A DNA stretch of 51,107 nucleotides from Pseudomonadota bacterium (lineage in GTDB: Bacteria > Pseudomonadota > Gammaproteobacteria > Pseudomonadales > Moraxellaceae), in the NCBI GenBank assembly GCA_963204705.1, contig CAUJHL010000140.1:1-51107 (forward strand), in the 5' to 3' direction. Below the pieces are notes generated by a model that saw nothing but the letters and a program-made list of their open reading frames with translations, had not been told where the DNA came from and ran no database searches. Position numbers and translations under genes: made by a program. Shown in pieces: positions 8,641 through 20,979 of this stretch (position 1 is its first letter; every line of letters begins with the position of its first letter).

Positions 8641-10440
8641 ATGGCCGAGACCCTAACCCCGCCGAGTGCAGCGTCGTCTACGCCCGTGGTGAACGATGCT
8701 CGCCCGGCTTTTGCCGTGCTTAATGAGTTGCGTGACCGCTTTGGGGACACCCTGCAGTTTCAGCCGACCCGGGAAGATTTTCCGACCGTATGGGTGTCGC
8801 GTGAGCAGCTCACTGACGTACTGATGTTCCTGCGTACCCTGCCGCGTCCTTATGTGATGCTGTATGACCTGTCTGCGGTCGATGAACGCCTGCGTCAGCA
8901 TCGCGAGGGACTGCCAGCGTCTGATTTCACGGTGTTTTATCACCTGATGTCGATCGAGCGTAACAGCGACATTCGGATCAAGGTTGCGTTGAAAGAAGGC
9001 GATCTGAATTGTCCCACCGCGACCCGTATCTGGCCCAATGCCAATTGGTACGAGCGCGAAGTCTGGGACATGTTTGGCATTGTGTTTCAGGGCCACCCGC
9101 ACCTGCATCGCATTTTGCTGCCGCGTTACTGGGAAGGTCATCCGCTGCGTAAGGAATACTCTGCTCGGGCGACTGAATTTGATCCCTACCGCCTGAACGC
9201 TGCCAAGCAGGACTTTGAGCAGGAACAGCTACGCTTTAACCCGGAAGAATGGGGGCTGACACGCAGCGATCGGGATGAGGACTTTATGTTCCTGAACCTC
9301 GGGCCAAACCACCCGTCAGCGCACGGGGCTTTCCGCATTGTGCTGCAACTAGACGGCGAAGAGATTCTCGACTGTATCCCCGATATTGGCTATCACCATC
9401 GGGGCGCTGAGAAAATGGCGGAACGCCAGACCTGGCACTCCTATATTCCCTATACCGACCGGATCGATTATCTCGGCGGCGTCATGAACAACCTGCCGTA
9501 TGTGATGTCGGTGGAAAAACTGGCGGGCATCACGGTGCCGGATCGGGTCAATACCATCCGCATCATGATGACGGAATTTTTCCGCATCACCTCGCATTTG
9601 CTGTTTCTCGGGACATTCATTCAGGACATGGGCGGCATGACGCCGATCTTCTTTATGTTTACCGACCGGATGAAAGCCTATGATGTCATTGAGGCGGTGA
9701 CCGGTTTCCGCATGCATCCGGCCTGGTTCCGGATTGGCGGTGTTGCTCATGACCTGCCCAAAGGCTGGGATCGGCTGGTGCGCGAGTTCCTGGACTGGAT
9801 GCCCAAGCGACTGGATGAATACACCAAGGCCGCCATCAAAAATACCGTGCTGATTGGTCGTACCCGCAACGTTGCACAATACGATGCCCGTCAGGCGCTG
9901 GCGTGGGGTGTCACCGGCCCGAGCCTGCGTGCGACCGGAGTTGATTACGATCTGCGTAAAAAACGCCCGTACTGCGGCTACGAAAACTTTGATTTTGAGG
10001 TGCCACTGGGCCATCACGGCGATGCCTATGACCGCTGTCTGGTACGGATTGAAGAAATGCGGCAGTCATTGCGCATCATTCGCCAGTGTCTGGACAATAT
10101 GCCGGCCGGACCTTACAAGGCCGACCATCCGCTGGCGGTGCCACCACCGAAAGACCGCACACTGAAAGACATTGAAACCCTGATCACCCACTTCCTGTCG
10201 GTGTCATGGGGGCCGGTGATGCCAGAAGGCGAGTCGAGCATGATGGTTGAGGCCACCAAGGGCATTAACAGCTACTATCTGACCAGTGATCGCAGCACCA
10301 TGAGTTACCGCACCCGTATTCGTACGCCTAGCTTTGCGCACTTGCAGCAAATGCCGTCGGTGATTAATGGCAGCATGATTCCGGATCTGATTGCCTATCT
10401 GGCGTCCATTGATTTTGTTATGGCTGATGTGGATCGCTAA
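8641..10440 (+). CDS. nuoC: NADH:quinone oxidoreductase fused subunit C/D
   Basis: 599 aa. The N-terminal 30-kDa-subunit-like part ([17 protein letters not shown]) is fused to a 49-kDa-subunit-like part ([12 protein letters not shown]...ADVDR), as in E. coli and Pseudomonas. Confidence 0.96.
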   Translation: MAETLTPPSAASSTPVVNDARPAFAVLNELRDRFGDTLQFQPTREDFPTVWVSREQLTDVLMFLRTLPRPYVMLYDLSAVDERLRQHREGLPASDFTVFYHLMSIERNSDIRIKVALKEGDLNCPTATRIWPNANWYEREVWDMFGIVFQGHPHLHRILLPRYWEGHPLRKEYSARATEFDPYRLNAAKQDFEQEQLRFNPEEWGLTRSDRDEDFMFLNLGPNHPSAHGAFRIVLQLDGEEILDCIPDIGYHHRGAEKMAERQTWHSYIPYTDRIDYLGGVMNNLPYVMSVEKLAGITVPDRVNTIRIMMTEFFRITSHLLFLGTFIQDMGGMTPIFFMFTDRMKAYDVIEAVTGFRMHPAWFRIGGVAHDLPKGWDRLVREFLDWMPKRLDEYTKAAIKNTVLIGRTRNVAQYDARQALAWGVTGPSLRATGVDYDLRKKRPYCGYENFDFEVPLGHHGDAYDRCLVRIEEMRQSLRIIRQCLDNMPAGPYKADHPLAVPPPKDRTLKDIETLITHFLSVSWGPVMPEGESSMMVEATKGINSYYLTSDRSTMSYRTRIRTPSFAHLQQMPSVINGSMIPDLIAYLASIDFVMADVDR

Positions 10441-10455
10441 GGGGATTGTGCCAAC

Positions 10456-10965
10456 ATGATGATTTTGACTGATAAAAAACCCCGTGTGCAGATAGAAAAC
10501 ATCCTGACTGCACAGGAAATTCACGACATCGAGCATTACATGCACCATTATCCAGACCCGCGTGCGGCCAGTCTGGACGCCCTGAAAATCGTGCAAAAAC
10601 GCAATGGCTGGGTGGACGATGCGCAAGTCGCTGGTGTGGCCCAGATGCTAGGGATTGCCGTTACCGATGTTGAAGGCGTCGCCACGTTTTATAACAGGAT
10701 TTATCGTCAGCCGGTGGGCCGACATGTGATTTTGCTGTGCGACTCTATCGCATGTTACCTGATGGGCTCGGAAGATCTGGCGGCTGGTCTGATGGATCAT
10801 CTCGGCATTCGCTATGGCCAGACGACGCCTGATGGCCGTTTTACATTATTGCCTATTTGCTGCCTCGGCAACTGCGACAAAGCCCCAACCATCATGATTG
10901 ATGAAGATACCCTGGATCTGGTGAGCATTCAGCAGATACCTGAATTGCTGGAGGACTATGCATGA
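10456..10965 (+). CDS. nuoE: NADH:quinone oxidoreductase subunit E (2Fe-2S)
   Basis: 169 aa with cysteine ligands in [12 protein letters not shown] ... [11 protein letters not shown]. It lies between nuoCD and nuoF. Confidence 0.94.
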   Translation: MMILTDKKPRVQIENILTAQEIHDIEHYMHHYPDPRAASLDALKIVQKRNGWVDDAQVAGVAQMLGIAVTDVEGVATFYNRIYRQPVGRHVILLCDSIACYLMGSEDLAAGLMDHLGIRYGQTTPDGRFTLLPICCLGNCDKAPTIMIDEDTLDLVSIQQIPELLEDYA

Positions 10966-12323
10966 GCAGCACGACCGGCACGAGCGAACAATTGCGCACT
11001 AGCCTGCCAGTTCCCATCCATGGCAATGGTACGGCGGAAACCCGCCCCCTGACCTGGCGACTGGCCCAGCGGGATGAAGTGCTGGATATCGAGACCTATG
11101 AGTCGCTGGAAGGCTATCAGGGCTTGAAAAAGGCGCTGGGTATGGGCGCTGAGCAAGTTCAGGCCGAAGTCAAAAATGCCACCTTGCGTGGCCGTGGTGG
11201 CGCAGGCTTTCCGGCTGGAATCAAATGGTCCCTGTTGCCCAAGGCCGATGGCGGCCCACGCTATCTGGTCTGCAATGCCGATGAAATGGAACCGGGTACC
11301 TTCAAAGATCGCCTGTTGATGGAAAAATTGCCCCATCAGCTGGTGGAAGGGATGATTACCTCAGGGTTTGCGATTGGTGCGACCTGTGGCTACATCTTTA
11401 TTCGTGGGGAATACATCAAGGCCGCCCGTCATCTCAATGAGGCGATTGAACAGGCCAAAGCCAAAGGCTATCTGGGTAAAAACATTCTCGGTAGTGGCTA
11501 TGATTTTGAGCTGTATGTGCATACCGGTGCTGGCCGATACATTTGCGGTGAAGAAACCGCACTGATCAATTCGCTGGAAGGCCGCCGTGCCAATCCCCGT
11601 ACCAAGCCGCCCTTTCCACAGGTTGCCGGTGCCTGGGGTCGTCCCACCATCGTCAATAACGTCGAGACGCTGAATAATGTGCCCGCCATCGTGCTTCGGG
11701 GTGCGGAGTGGTACAAGAGCCTGTCAGCAGGCAAAAGCCCCGATCCGGGTACCAAAATCTACGGTGCTTCGGGCAAGGTGCGTTTCCCCGGATTGTGGGA
11801 ACTGCCACTGGGAACCACAGGCCGCGAGATTCTGGAGCAATACGCAGGTGGCATGCGCGATGGCCTGAGCCTGAAAGCATGGCTGCCGGGTGGAGCCTCT
11901 ACCGACTTTCTGCTGCCTGAACATCTGGATTTGCCGATGGATTTTGACACCATCATGAAAGCCGGTAGCCGTATGGGCACGGGGCTGATCATGGTAGTGG
12001 ATGAAACCCAGAGCATGGTGGCGCTGGTGCGCAATCTGGAAGAGTTTTTCGCCCGTGAGTCCTGTGGCTGGTGTACTCCCTGCCGGGATGGCTTGCCGTG
12101 GGGTGTCAAATTATTGCGTAATCTGGAGCAAAAACAGGGCCGTACCGGCGATGTGGAATTGCTGCAGGAACTGACCAAAAATCTGTGGATCGGTAAAACC
12201 TTCTGTGCCCATGCCCCCGGTGCCATGGAGCCGCTACAGAGTGCGATCAAGTATTTCCGACCCGAGTTTGACGCCTGCGTCCGTGATGATGCAGCCAGTC
12301 TCCCTCCGGTTACCCAGGCTTAA
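10962..12323 (+). CDS. nuoF: NADH:quinone oxidoreductase subunit F (NADH/FMN-binding)
   Basis: 453 aa with [10 protein letters not shown], the [22 protein letters not shown] motif and the [13 protein letters not shown]3-cluster motif. Confidence 0.97.
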   Translation: MSSTTGTSEQLRTSLPVPIHGNGTAETRPLTWRLAQRDEVLDIETYESLEGYQGLKKALGMGAEQVQAEVKNATLRGRGGAGFPAGIKWSLLPKADGGPRYLVCNADEMEPGTFKDRLLMEKLPHQLVEGMITSGFAIGATCGYIFIRGEYIKAARHLNEAIEQAKAKGYLGKNILGSGYDFELYVHTGAGRYICGEETALINSLEGRRANPRTKPPFPQVAGAWGRPTIVNNVETLNNVPAIVLRGAEWYKSLSAGKSPDPGTKIYGASGKVRFPGLWELPLGTTGREILEQYAGGMRDGLSLKAWLPGGASTDFLLPEHLDLPMDFDTIMKAGSRMGTGLIMVVDETQSMVALVRNLEEFFARESCGWCTPCRDGLPWGVKLLRNLEQKQGRTGDVELLQELTKNLWIGKTFCAHAPGAMEPLQSAIKYFRPEFDACVRDDAASLPPVTQA

Positions 12324-12335
12324 GGGGCCCTGAAC

Positions 12336-15053
12336 ATGGCAACAATTTATGTCGAAGGGAAAGAGTATCCCGTCAGCGGTGCGGACAACCTGTTGCAGGC
12401 CTGCCTGACACTGGGTCTGGATATTCCCTATTTTTGCTGGCACCCGGCGCTGGGTTCTGTCGGAGCCTGCCGCCAGTGTGCGGTCAAGCAATACAACAAT
12501 GCCGACGATCAGGCCGCCGGAAAGGGCCGTCTGGTCATGTCCTGCATGACACCTGCGGTAGACAATACCTATATCTCGATTGACGATGCTGAAGCCAAGG
12601 CGTTCCGCGCCAGCGTGGTGGAATGGCTGATGACCAACCATCCGCATGACTGCCCTGTGTGTGAAGAAGGTGGTCACTGCCATTTGCAGGACATGACAGT
12701 CATGACCGGCCACGATCGCCGCCGGTATCGTTTTACCAAACGCACCCATCATAATCAGGATCTGGGGCCGTTTATTTCCCATGAAATGAACCGCTGTATC
12801 GCCTGCTATCGCTGTGTCCGTTATTACAAGGACTACGCAGGTGGTACCGACTTGGGTGTGTACGGTTCTGCGTCCAATGTCTATTTTGGCCGGGAAAAGG
12901 ACGGTGTGCTGGAGAGTGAATTTTCCGGTAATCTGGTCGAAGTGTGCCCAACCGGTGTCTTTACCGACAAAACCCATAGCGAACGCTACAACCGCAAATG
13001 GGACATGCAGTTTGCGCCCAGCGTCTGCCAGCAATGTTCAGTAGGCTGTAACATTTCGCCGGGTGAACGCTACGGCGAATTACGCCGGATCGAAAACCGC
13101 TTTAATGGTGACGTTAATCACTATTTCCTGTGTGACAAGGGTCGTTTTACCCATGGCTATGTTAATCGGGACGATCGCCCTCGCCAGCCCCAGCACAAAC
13201 AGCTGGGCAATCTGGTCAACCTCAGTGTGGATGCTGCGCTGGACAAGGCTATTGCCAGTCTGAAAGGCAAAAAAGTTCTGGGTATCGGATCGTCACGCGC
13301 CAGTCTGGAAACCAACCATGCGCTGCGAGATCTGGTCGGTGCCGAGCAGTTTTCGACCGGCATGACCCGACGCGAGCAGGCGCTGATTGAACAAGTGATT
13401 CAGCTTCAACGCACTGAAGGCATTCATGTGCCGTCGCTGCGTGAAATGGAACAGTACGATGCCGTACTGGTGCTGGGCGAAGATGTGACCCAGACTGCCC
13501 CACGGATCGCACTGGCCATTCGTCAGGCTGCCAAGCTGGAAGCCGAAAAAATGGCCGCCGAGCGCAAGACTCAGGACTGGCTGGCTGAACCCGTTTCCCG
13601 CATTGGCCAGCATGCCAAGTCGCCCGTCTTTTTATTGTCCGTGACCGAGACCCGTCTCAGCGATATCGCGGTCGGCGAATGCGTCGCCAGTCCTGTGGAC
13701 ATTGCCCGCATTGGCTTTGCGGTCGCCAGCCACTTGTCCGGTGCGCCCGCGACTGGACTGTCCGAGGAAGCGCTGGAATTCGCCCGCGACATCGCCGACA
13801 CCCTGAAAGCCGCCAAAAAGCCGCTGATCGTTAGCGGTACCAGCCTGCTGGAACCCGCGCTGCTGGAAGCCGCCGCTGCGGTGACTCAGGCACTGGGTGC
13901 GGAGGCAGGATTGACGCTGGTGGTGCCAGAGGTCAACAGCATTGGCCTGGGCCTGCTGGGTGGCAAGCCACTCGAAGAAGCACTGGCTGGGGAAGGTAGT
14001 GATTTTGATGCCCTGATCATTGCGGAAAACGATCTGTATCGCCAGTTGCCCAAGGTGATTGTCCAGCAGGTGCTCAGCAAGTGTCCGACCATCGTGGTGC
14101 TGGATCATCAGCTGACCCAGACGGCCAAACAGGCAACGCTCTTGCTGCCAGCTGCCAGTTTTGCTGAAGGCGATGGTACGGTCGTGTCACAGGAAGGCCG
14201 CGCCCAGCGTTATTTCCAGATTTATGATCCATCCTATTACAACCCCGAGATAAGTATCCGCGAAGGCTGGCGCTGGCTGCACGTCATTAAGGCTGGTCTG
14301 GCCAATCTGCCGGTGAGCTGGACGGTACTCGATGATGTGATCGAAGACCTCGCTCGCGCGCAACCGCTGCTGTCGGGCATTCAGGATGCCGCGCCAGATG
14401 CCGGTTATCGCGTCAAGGGCCTGAAAATTGCCCGGGAACCCCGTCGTTACTCTGGCCGTACCTCGATGCGCGCGAACCTGTCTGTGCATGAGCCGCGTGC
14501 GCCACAGGATGCCGATTCCGCACTGACCTATTCGATGGAAGGCTATGTCGGCCCGCAGGAAAATAGCGCGCTGATTCCGTTTGCCTGGGCGCCGGGCTGG
14601 AATTCCCCGCAATCCTGGAACAAGTTTCAGGACGAAGTCGGTGGCCACCTCAAGGCCGGTGATCCGGGTGTGAGACTGTTTGATCGCCTGCCGAAAGTGC
14701 CCGCCCGCACTTATGTGGCACCGGCCGCCCAGACCGATGCCGAGTCGGTGTATCGCTTGCTGCCGTTGTACGATCTCTTTGCTTCTGGCGAAATGACCCA
14801 GCGTAGCGACGTGATGCACAGCCGAATTGCACCCGCGCACTTTAGCCTGTCCAGTACCGATGCCGATCGCCTGGGCGTGAAAGAAGGGCAGGCGCTGCAG
14901 GTGAGCAGTGGTGCTGAATCGCTGATTCTGCCGGTAAGCATCCGGGAATATCTGCCCATCGGCATGATTGGCTATCCTGCAGGGCAGGTGGTTCCCATGC
15001 CGACCGATCAACCCGTTTCCGTTCAGCCCGCGCTGGCTGCGGCAGGAGCCTGA
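12336..15053 (+). CDS. nuoG: NADH:quinone oxidoreductase subunit G
   Basis: 905 aa. N-terminal 2Fe-2S and 4Fe-4S cysteine clusters ([53 protein letters not shown]), then a molybdopterin-oxidoreductase-like body. Confidence 0.96.
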   Translation: MATIYVEGKEYPVSGADNLLQACLTLGLDIPYFCWHPALGSVGACRQCAVKQYNNADDQAAGKGRLVMSCMTPAVDNTYISIDDAEAKAFRASVVEWLMTNHPHDCPVCEEGGHCHLQDMTVMTGHDRRRYRFTKRTHHNQDLGPFISHEMNRCIACYRCVRYYKDYAGGTDLGVYGSASNVYFGREKDGVLESEFSGNLVEVCPTGVFTDKTHSERYNRKWDMQFAPSVCQQCSVGCNISPGERYGELRRIENRFNGDVNHYFLCDKGRFTHGYVNRDDRPRQPQHKQLGNLVNLSVDAALDKAIASLKGKKVLGIGSSRASLETNHALRDLVGAEQFSTGMTRREQALIEQVIQLQRTEGIHVPSLREMEQYDAVLVLGEDVTQTAPRIALAIRQAAKLEAEKMAAERKTQDWLAEPVSRIGQHAKSPVFLLSVTETRLSDIAVGECVASPVDIARIGFAVASHLSGAPATGLSEEALEFARDIADTLKAAKKPLIVSGTSLLEPALLEAAAAVTQALGAEAGLTLVVPEVNSIGLGLLGGKPLEEALAGEGSDFDALIIAENDLYRQLPKVIVQQVLSKCPTIVVLDHQLTQTAKQATLLLPAASFAEGDGTVVSQEGRAQRYFQIYDPSYYNPEISIREGWRWLHVIKAGLANLPVSWTVLDDVIEDLARAQPLLSGIQDAAPDAGYRVKGLKIAREPRRYSGRTSMRANLSVHEPRAPQDADSALTYSMEGYVGPQENSALIPFAWAPGWNSPQSWNKFQDEVGGHLKAGDPGVRLFDRLPKVPARTYVAPAAQTDAESVYRLLPLYDLFASGEMTQRSDVMHSRIAPAHFSLSSTDADRLGVKEGQALQVSSGAESLILPVSIREYLPIGMIGYPAGQVVPMPTDQPVSVQPALAAAGA

Positions 15054-15055
15054 GC

Positions 15056-16090
15056 ATGCGTATCACTCCTTCCATACCTGAGCTGCTGGCGCCGTACCTG
15101 AGTCAGTCGCAGTGGGAAGTGACCTTTCTGGTGGTTCAGGCCATTGCGATTCTGTTGGTGGTGGTGCTGTTTGCTGCCCTGATGAGTTTTATCGAGCGCC
15201 GGGTACTGGGCTGGTGGCAAGACCGCTATGGCCCTAACCGCGTGGGCCCTTTTGGTATTTTCCAGATTGTGGCAGACATGCTGAAAATGATGTTCAAGGA
15301 AGACTGGACACCGTCTTTTGGCGACAAGCTGATTTTTCGCATGGCCCCTGCGATTGCCATGGCCACAGCGTTACTGTCCTTTCTGGTGCTGCCAATTACA
15401 CCAAGCCTGGGCATTTATGACCTGAACGTCGGCCTGCTGTTTTTCTTCGGCATGGCTGGATTGGCAGTGTATTCGGTTCTGTTTGCCGGCTGGTCGTCAA
15501 ATAACAAATATTCCCTGCTGGGTGGCCTGCGTTCCGCAGCACAAACCGTCAGTTATGAAGTCTTTATGGGCCTGTCGCTCATGGGCATCGTGGCGATTGC
15601 GGGTAGTTTTAACTTGCGCGAAATCGTAGAACATCAGGCGAATGGCTGGTGGTTCGTGCTTACCCAGCCTCTGGCATTTTTGGTGTTTCTGATCGCGGGT
15701 GTTGCGGTGACACACCGTCATCCCTTTGACCAGCCCGAAGCCGAACAGGAACTGGCGGATGGTTACCACATTGAATACTCAGGTATGAAGTGGGGGATGT
15801 TCTTTGTCGGTGAATACATCAACGTCGTGCTGATTTCGTCCCTGATTACCGTGCTGTTTTTTGGTGGCTGGCTGGCACCGTTTAACCTGAACATTCCGTT
15901 TGTGCCACCCATTTTCTGGTTTGTCATGAAAACCGGATTCTTTGTCATGATGTTCGTGCTGGCCCGTGGTGCGCTGTTGCGTCCTCGCTACGACCAGGTG
16001 ATGAATTTTGGCTGGAAAGTGTGCCTGCCGCTCTCGCTGGCGAATCTGTTAATTACCGGTGCAGTGATTCTGCTGCAGCAACCGGTCTAG
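15056..16090 (+). CDS. nuoH: NADH:quinone oxidoreductase subunit H
   Basis: 344-aa polytopic membrane protein with [21 protein letters not shown] and the [16 protein letters not shown] motif. Confidence 0.96.
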   Translation: MRITPSIPELLAPYLSQSQWEVTFLVVQAIAILLVVVLFAALMSFIERRVLGWWQDRYGPNRVGPFGIFQIVADMLKMMFKEDWTPSFGDKLIFRMAPAIAMATALLSFLVLPITPSLGIYDLNVGLLFFFGMAGLAVYSVLFAGWSSNNKYSLLGGLRSAAQTVSYEVFMGLSLMGIVAIAGSFNLREIVEHQANGWWFVLTQPLAFLVFLIAGVAVTHRHPFDQPEAEQELADGYHIEYSGMKWGMFFVGEYINVVLISSLITVLFFGGWLAPFNLNIPFVPPIFWFVMKTGFFVMMFVLARGALLRPRYDQVMNFGWKVCLPLSLANLLITGAVILLQQPV

Positions 16091-16109
16091 GCCCAGGGAG
16101 TACACGACA

Positions 16110-16646
16110 ATGAAACATTTGCTACTGGGGCTGTACACACAAATTCGCAGTCTGGTCATGGTGTTTAGCCATGGCTTCCGCAAGCGCGACACGCTGATGT
16201 ATCCCGAACAGCCGGTAAACCCGCCACCCCGTTACCGTGGGCGGATCGTGCTGACCCGTGACCCGGATGGGGAAGAGCGCTGTGTGGCCTGTAACCTGTG
16301 TGCGGTTGCCTGTCCAGTGGGCTGTATTTCCCTGCAGAAAGCAGAGCGTGAGGATGGCCGCTGGTATCCGGAATTTTTCCGTATCAATTTCTCGCGCTGT
16401 ATTTTTTGTGGTATGTGCGAAGAAGCCTGTCCTACTACCGCAATTCAGCTGACTCCGGATTTTGAAATGGCGGAATTTGTGCGTCAGGATCTGGTTTATG
16501 AAAAAGAACACCTGCTGATTTCCGGCCCGGGCAAATATCACGATTACAACTTTTATCGCGTAACCGGTATGGCGGTCTCGGGCAAGCCCAAAGGAGCCGC
16601 TGAGTCCGAATCCGCGCCTGTTGATGTCAGGAGCCTGCTGCCATGA
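16110..16646 (+). CDS. nuoI: NADH:quinone oxidoreductase subunit I (2x 4Fe-4S ferredoxin)
   Basis: 178 aa with [12 protein letters not shown] and [12 protein letters not shown] motifs. Confidence 0.96.
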   Translation: MKHLLLGLYTQIRSLVMVFSHGFRKRDTLMYPEQPVNPPPRYRGRIVLTRDPDGEERCVACNLCAVACPVGCISLQKAEREDGRWYPEFFRINFSRCIFCGMCEEACPTTAIQLTPDFEMAEFVRQDLVYEKEHLLISGPGKYHDYNFYRVTGMAVSGKPKGAAESESAPVDVRSLLP

Positions 16647-17188
16647 TCTGGCCCTTTTATGTGATGGCACTGGTTGCCCTGGTCGCGTCTGTGCGGGTGG
16701 TAACCAATGCCAATCCCGTGCATGCCCTGCTGAATCTGATTGTGTCGCTGCTGGCGGTTGCGGGCCTGTTCTTTATGCTGGGCGCACCGTTTGCCGCTGC
16801 ACTCGAAATCATTGTGTATGCCGGTGCGATTCTGGTGCTGTTTGTGTTTGTAGTGATGATGCTAAATCTGGGCCATCAAACCAGTGATCAGGAACGCCAA
16901 TGGCTGAATGCTTCCGCATGGGCGACACCTGCTCTGATGACCTTTCTGCTGGGGTTAGTAATGGTCTGGCTACTGGATCAGCACGGCGAACTGGCATCCG
17001 GCCGTGCACTCGGCATGAGCGAAATTAGCCCCAAAGCTGTCGGCGTGTCCCTGTTTGGCCCCTATTTGCTGTTGGTAGAGCTGGGCTCCTATCTGCTGCT
17101 GGCAGCGCTGGTTGCGGCCTATCATTTGGGAAAACGGCCAGAAATCGACAACTCCGCTGAGACCTCGACACTGGAGCAGCGCCCATGA
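16643..17188 (+). CDS. nuoJ: NADH:quinone oxidoreductase subunit J
   Basis: 181-aa hydrophobic protein. Position and 4-nt overlaps match nuo operon order. Confidence 0.9.
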   Translation: MIWPFYVMALVALVASVRVVTNANPVHALLNLIVSLLAVAGLFFMLGAPFAAALEIIVYAGAILVLFVFVVMMLNLGHQTSDQERQWLNASAWATPALMTFLLGLVMVWLLDQHGELASGRALGMSEISPKAVGVSLFGPYLLLVELGSYLLLAALVAAYHLGKRPEIDNSAETSTLEQRP

Positions 17189-17496
17189 TCGATACCATTC
17201 CCATGGAACACGGGCTGATTGTCGCTGCCCTGATGTTCGCTATCGGTTTATACGGTGTGATGGTTCGCCGTAACCTAATGTTTTTGCTGATGAGTCTTGA
17301 ACTCATGATGAATGCTGCTGCGCTGGCCTTTGTGGTAGGCGGCAGTGCCTGGGGCCAGCCGGACGGGCAGGTGATGTTCGTCATGGTGTTGACGCTGGCT
17401 GCCGCTGAAGCGTGTATCGGCCTGGCTCTGGTTCTTCAATTTTACCATCGCTTCCAGCATCTGGATGTCGATGCCGCCAGTGAGATGAAAGGATGA
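17185..17496 (+). CDS. nuoK: NADH:quinone oxidoreductase subunit K
   Basis: 103-aa 3-TM protein with [10 protein letters not shown] and [10 protein letters not shown] motifs. Confidence 0.93.
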   Translation: MIDTIPMEHGLIVAALMFAIGLYGVMVRRNLMFLLMSLELMMNAAALAFVVGGSAWGQPDGQVMFVMVLTLAAAEACIGLALVLQFYHRFQHLDVDAASEMKG

Positions 17497-19370
17497 GTGT
17501 TCTGTTTCTGACCTTTCTGTTCCCGCTGGTGGGATTCCTGATTCTTGCCAGCCTGCGTGATCGCCTTTCGGAAAATGCCGCCGCCGTTGTCGGTGTAGGC
17601 TCGATGGGACTATCCGCCCTGACCACGCTGGTGGTAGGTCTGGACTTTCTGAACACAGTTCCTCTGGGTGAGTATTATCATTCCATCCTGTGGACCTGGT
17701 TCCGTGTCGGTGAATTTGCTCCAGCCTTTGGGCTGCAACTGGATGGCCTGTCCCTGACCATGACGGGTGTGGTGACGGGCGTTGGCTTCTTCATTCACCT
17801 GTTTGCCTCCTGGTACATGCGTGGCGAAGAAGGCTATGCGCGCTTTTTCTCCTATATGAACCTGTTTGTAGCCAGCATGCTGGTACTGGTTCAGGCCGAT
17901 AATCTGGCGCTGCTGTATCTGGGATGGGAAGGTGTAGGGATTTGTTCCTATTTGCTGATCGGTTTCTATTTTCGCGATCTTGCGAATGGGCGTGCCGCGA
18001 TCAAGGCGTTTACGGTGACGCGGGTAGGGGATGTCTTTCTGGCGATTGGACTCTTTTTGCTGTTCCGTGAGCTGGGGACACTGGATATTTACGAAATCTT
18101 CATTCGGGCTCCGCAGGAGCTGATGACCGGTAGCGCAACGACGAATCTGATTGCCCTGATGCTCCTTGGTGGCGCAGTGGGTAAATCGGCCCAGTTACCG
18201 CTGCAAACCTGGCTAGCGGATGCGATGGCTGGTCCGACACCGGTCTCTGCCCTGATTCACGCGGCAACCATGGTGACCGCAGGTGTTTACCTGATTGCCC
18301 GTATGCACCCTGTATTTGAGAGTGCACCGGCAGTGCTGGAACTGGTGGGTCAGATTGGCGCGGTGACACTCGTGCTGGCGGGTTTCTCCGCGCTGGTGCA
18401 AACCGACATCAAACGCGTCCTGGCCTATTCCACTATGAGCCAGATTGGTTACATGTTTCTGGCGCTGGGTGCGGGCGCGTATCAGGCCGCTGTGTTTCAC
18501 CTGATGACACACGCTTTCTTTAAAGCATTGCTATTCCTCTCCTCGGGTGCGGTGATTCTGGCCTGTCATCACGAACAAAATATCCTGAAAATGGGTGGCT
18601 TGCGCAAAGTCATTCCCTTTGTCTGGATCTGTTTTATCGTGGGTGGCGGCGCACTGGCAGCCTTGCCGTTTGTGACGGTCGGCTTTTATTCCAAGGATCA
18701 AATCCTGTGGGAAGCCTGGGCTTCTGGTCATCCTGGCCTATTCTGGGCGGGTGTTGTGGGTGCGTTCCTTACGTCCATTTATACCTTCCGCCTGATCTGG
18801 CTGGTGTTTCATGGGGAAGAAAAAACACACGCTCAGCCCATTCGTGGTATTTCCTATCAATTGCCCCTACTGGTACTGCTGGTCTTGTCCACCGCGGTAG
18901 GTGCCCTGATCCATCCCCCTCTGGCGGGTGTGCTGCCTGAAGGTGTGGGGTCTATGCTGCAAGCAGCAGGCAAAGCGCATGATCTGCATTATGTCGAGCT
19001 AATCGCTGCCAGTGCTGCGCTGCTTGGGCTTGCGGTGGGCATAGTTTTGTTTACCGGCGAGCGTCGTCTGGTGACCCAAATGCGCAATTCACGTCTGGGT
19101 GCGGCGATTGCCCACTGGTGGGAGCATGCATGGGGCTTTGATGCGCTGTATCACCTTATCTTTGTCAAACCATTTCTGGCTCTGGTTGCCTTGTTGCGCC
19201 GCGATCCTATTGATGGTTTCTGGGGCATCGTTCCTTTGCTGTCGCGGTTCGGCAACATCACCATGACTAAAACCCAGCGTGGCTCATTGCGTGGCTATGC
19301 CATGTCGATTGCGTTCGGGAGTGTGGTAATCCTTATGGTCCTGATGACCTTGCAAGTAATGGGGAAATAA
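17493..19370 (+). CDS. nuoL: NADH:quinone oxidoreductase subunit L
   Basis: 625-aa antiporter-like subunit ([46 protein letters not shown]). Confidence 0.95.
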   Translation: MSVLFLTFLFPLVGFLILASLRDRLSENAAAVVGVGSMGLSALTTLVVGLDFLNTVPLGEYYHSILWTWFRVGEFAPAFGLQLDGLSLTMTGVVTGVGFFIHLFASWYMRGEEGYARFFSYMNLFVASMLVLVQADNLALLYLGWEGVGICSYLLIGFYFRDLANGRAAIKAFTVTRVGDVFLAIGLFLLFRELGTLDIYEIFIRAPQELMTGSATTNLIALMLLGGAVGKSAQLPLQTWLADAMAGPTPVSALIHAATMVTAGVYLIARMHPVFESAPAVLELVGQIGAVTLVLAGFSALVQTDIKRVLAYSTMSQIGYMFLALGAGAYQAAVFHLMTHAFFKALLFLSSGAVILACHHEQNILKMGGLRKVIPFVWICFIVGGGALAALPFVTVGFYSKDQILWEAWASGHPGLFWAGVVGAFLTSIYTFRLIWLVFHGEEKTHAQPIRGISYQLPLLVLLVLSTAVGALIHPPLAGVLPEGVGSMLQAAGKAHDLHYVELIAASAALLGLAVGIVLFTGERRLVTQMRNSRLGAAIAHWWEHAWGFDALYHLIFVKPFLALVALLRRDPIDGFWGIVPLLSRFGNITMTKTQRGSLRGYAMSIAFGSVVILMVLMTLQVMGK

Positions 19371-19371
19371 G

Positions 19372-20976
19372 ATGAACGGACTACCCATTCCCAACGACTG
19401 GCTATTGCCCTTATTGGTGTTGTTGCCCTTTATTGCAGGCTTCCTCTGCTGGGTAACTGAAAAAATCAGTATTCGCCTGCCGCGCTGGATTGCTCTGGGC
19501 GGGATGCTGCTGACGCTTGCCGTAGCGCTTCAATACTGGTCACAGGGCAATTTTAGCCTGATGTCGCAGGCCACCCAAACCGGTGCTGCGCCCGTGTGGC
19601 ACAGTCAGTTTTTACTGCCATGGATTCCTTTTTTGGGAATTAATGTGCATCTGGCGCTGGATGGCCTGTCCTTGCTGATGGTGATTCTCACCGCATTGCT
19701 GGGTGTACTGGCTGTGGGTTGCTCATGGGGAGAAATTCAGCGGAATGTCGGCTTTTTCCACCTGAACCTGCTCTGGAGTCTGGGCGGCGTTATTGGCGTA
19801 TTTTTGGCGATAGACCTGTTTTTGTTCTTCTTCTTTTGGGAAATGATGCTGGTTCCGATTTATTTCCTGATTGCGCTCTGGGGACATTCGGGCTCTACAG
19901 GACGCTCGCGGGTGTATGCGGCCACCAAGTTTTTTATTTACACCCAGGTGTCCGGCCTGATCATGCTGGTCGGCATTCTGACGCTGGTGCTCCTGCGTGC
20001 CGAGCAGACAGGCCACATCAGCTTCAACTATATGGATTTGCTCGGAACGCAGCTACCGTATGGCTTTGAATATGGCCTGATGCTGTGCTTCTTTATTGCC
20101 TTTGCCGTTAAACTGCCAGTAGTGCCGTTTCATGGCTGGTTGCCGGATGCGCATGCACAGGCCCCCACGGCGGGCTCTGTGGATCTGGCTGGTATTCTGA
20201 TCAAAACGGCTGCCTATGGCCTGTTACGGTTTGTGCTGCCATTTTTCCCCCATGCCTCGGCGGATTTCGCGCCGATCGCCATGACCTTGGGAATGGCCGG
20301 TATTTTCTATGGTGCCTTTCTGGCGTTTGCACAAACCGATATCAAGCGTCTGTTGGCCTACACCAGTATTTCCCACATGGGCTTTGTGCTGCTGGCGATT
20401 TACGCGGGAACCCTGATTAGCTTGCAAGGCGTGATGCTGCAGATGCTGGCGCATGGTTTGACCTCGGCAGCCCTGTTCATCATGAGTGGCCAGATTTACG
20501 AGCGCATGCATACCCGTGAGCTGTCCCTGATGGGCGGTATGTGGGGTCAGTTCCGATATCTGCCGGTGTTTCTGATGATCTTCTGCGCGGCATTACTAGG
20601 GATTCCGGGAACAGGAAATTTTATCGGGGAATTTCTGATTCTGATTGGTTCCTTCAAGGATTTCCCGATCATGACGACTCTGGCAACAGTCAGTCTGGTG
20701 CTGGCCGGCTTGTACGCGCTGATCCTGATTCACAAGGCCCTGTTTGGTACCCCCAACCCCAACCATAAGACTGAGCATCCGTTGCTTGATCTGAATGCAC
20801 GGGAAGCCAGCATGTTGCTGATCCTGTTGGCAGGTTTGTTGTGGCTGGGCTTTACCCCTCAGGCGGTGCTGGATATGTCCGAACACAGCATGAGCTGGCT
20901 CAGCCAGAATTATCATACCCCCCTGTACAGCCTGCCTGAAGCGGCACTGCAGACACCAGCTCCGGAGTTGCATTAA
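19372..20976 (+). CDS. nuoM: NADH:quinone oxidoreductase subunit M
   Basis: 534-aa antiporter-like subunit (FFFFWEMMLVPIYFLI, PFHGWLPDAHAQAPTAGSV). Confidence 0.95.
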   Translation: MNGLPIPNDWLLPLLVLLPFIAGFLCWVTEKISIRLPRWIALGGMLLTLAVALQYWSQGNFSLMSQATQTGAAPVWHSQFLLPWIPFLGINVHLALDGLSLLMVILTALLGVLAVGCSWGEIQRNVGFFHLNLLWSLGGVIGVFLAIDLFLFFFFWEMMLVPIYFLIALWGHSGSTGRSRVYAATKFFIYTQVSGLIMLVGILTLVLLRAEQTGHISFNYMDLLGTQLPYGFEYGLMLCFFIAFAVKLPVVPFHGWLPDAHAQAPTAGSVDLAGILIKTAAYGLLRFVLPFFPHASADFAPIAMTLGMAGIFYGAFLAFAQTDIKRLLAYTSISHMGFVLLAIYAGTLISLQGVMLQMLAHGLTSAALFIMSGQIYERMHTRELSLMGGMWGQFRYLPVFLMIFCAALLGIPGTGNFIGEFLILIGSFKDFPIMTTLATVSLVLAGLYALILIHKALFGTPNPNHKTEHPLLDLNAREASMLLILLAGLLWLGFTPQAVLDMSEHSMSWLSQNYHTPLYSLPEAALQTPAPELH

Positions 20977-20979
20977 GCC

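Noticed and set aside
8256-8750. 164-aa minus-strand ORF (and 8345..8560) crossing the nuoB-nuoCD spacer
   Set aside because: It is Arg/Ser/Gly-rich, overlaps both nuoB and nuoCD coding ends, and is antisense to a highly expressed operon. There is no supporting signal.
12234-13034. Long minus-strand ORF (266 aa) antisense to nuoG. Similar long antisense ORFs lie at 14187..15011, 9349..10017, 20596..21264, 29612..30286, 38042..38815, 43637..44308, 44988..45848, 46931..47644, 47804..48559 and 48659..49615.
   Set aside because: All lie entirely inside strongly supported conserved genes on the other strand. They have Arg/Gly/His-rich, low-complexity translations typical of shadow ORFs in GC-rich coding DNA. 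They lack recognisable motifs.
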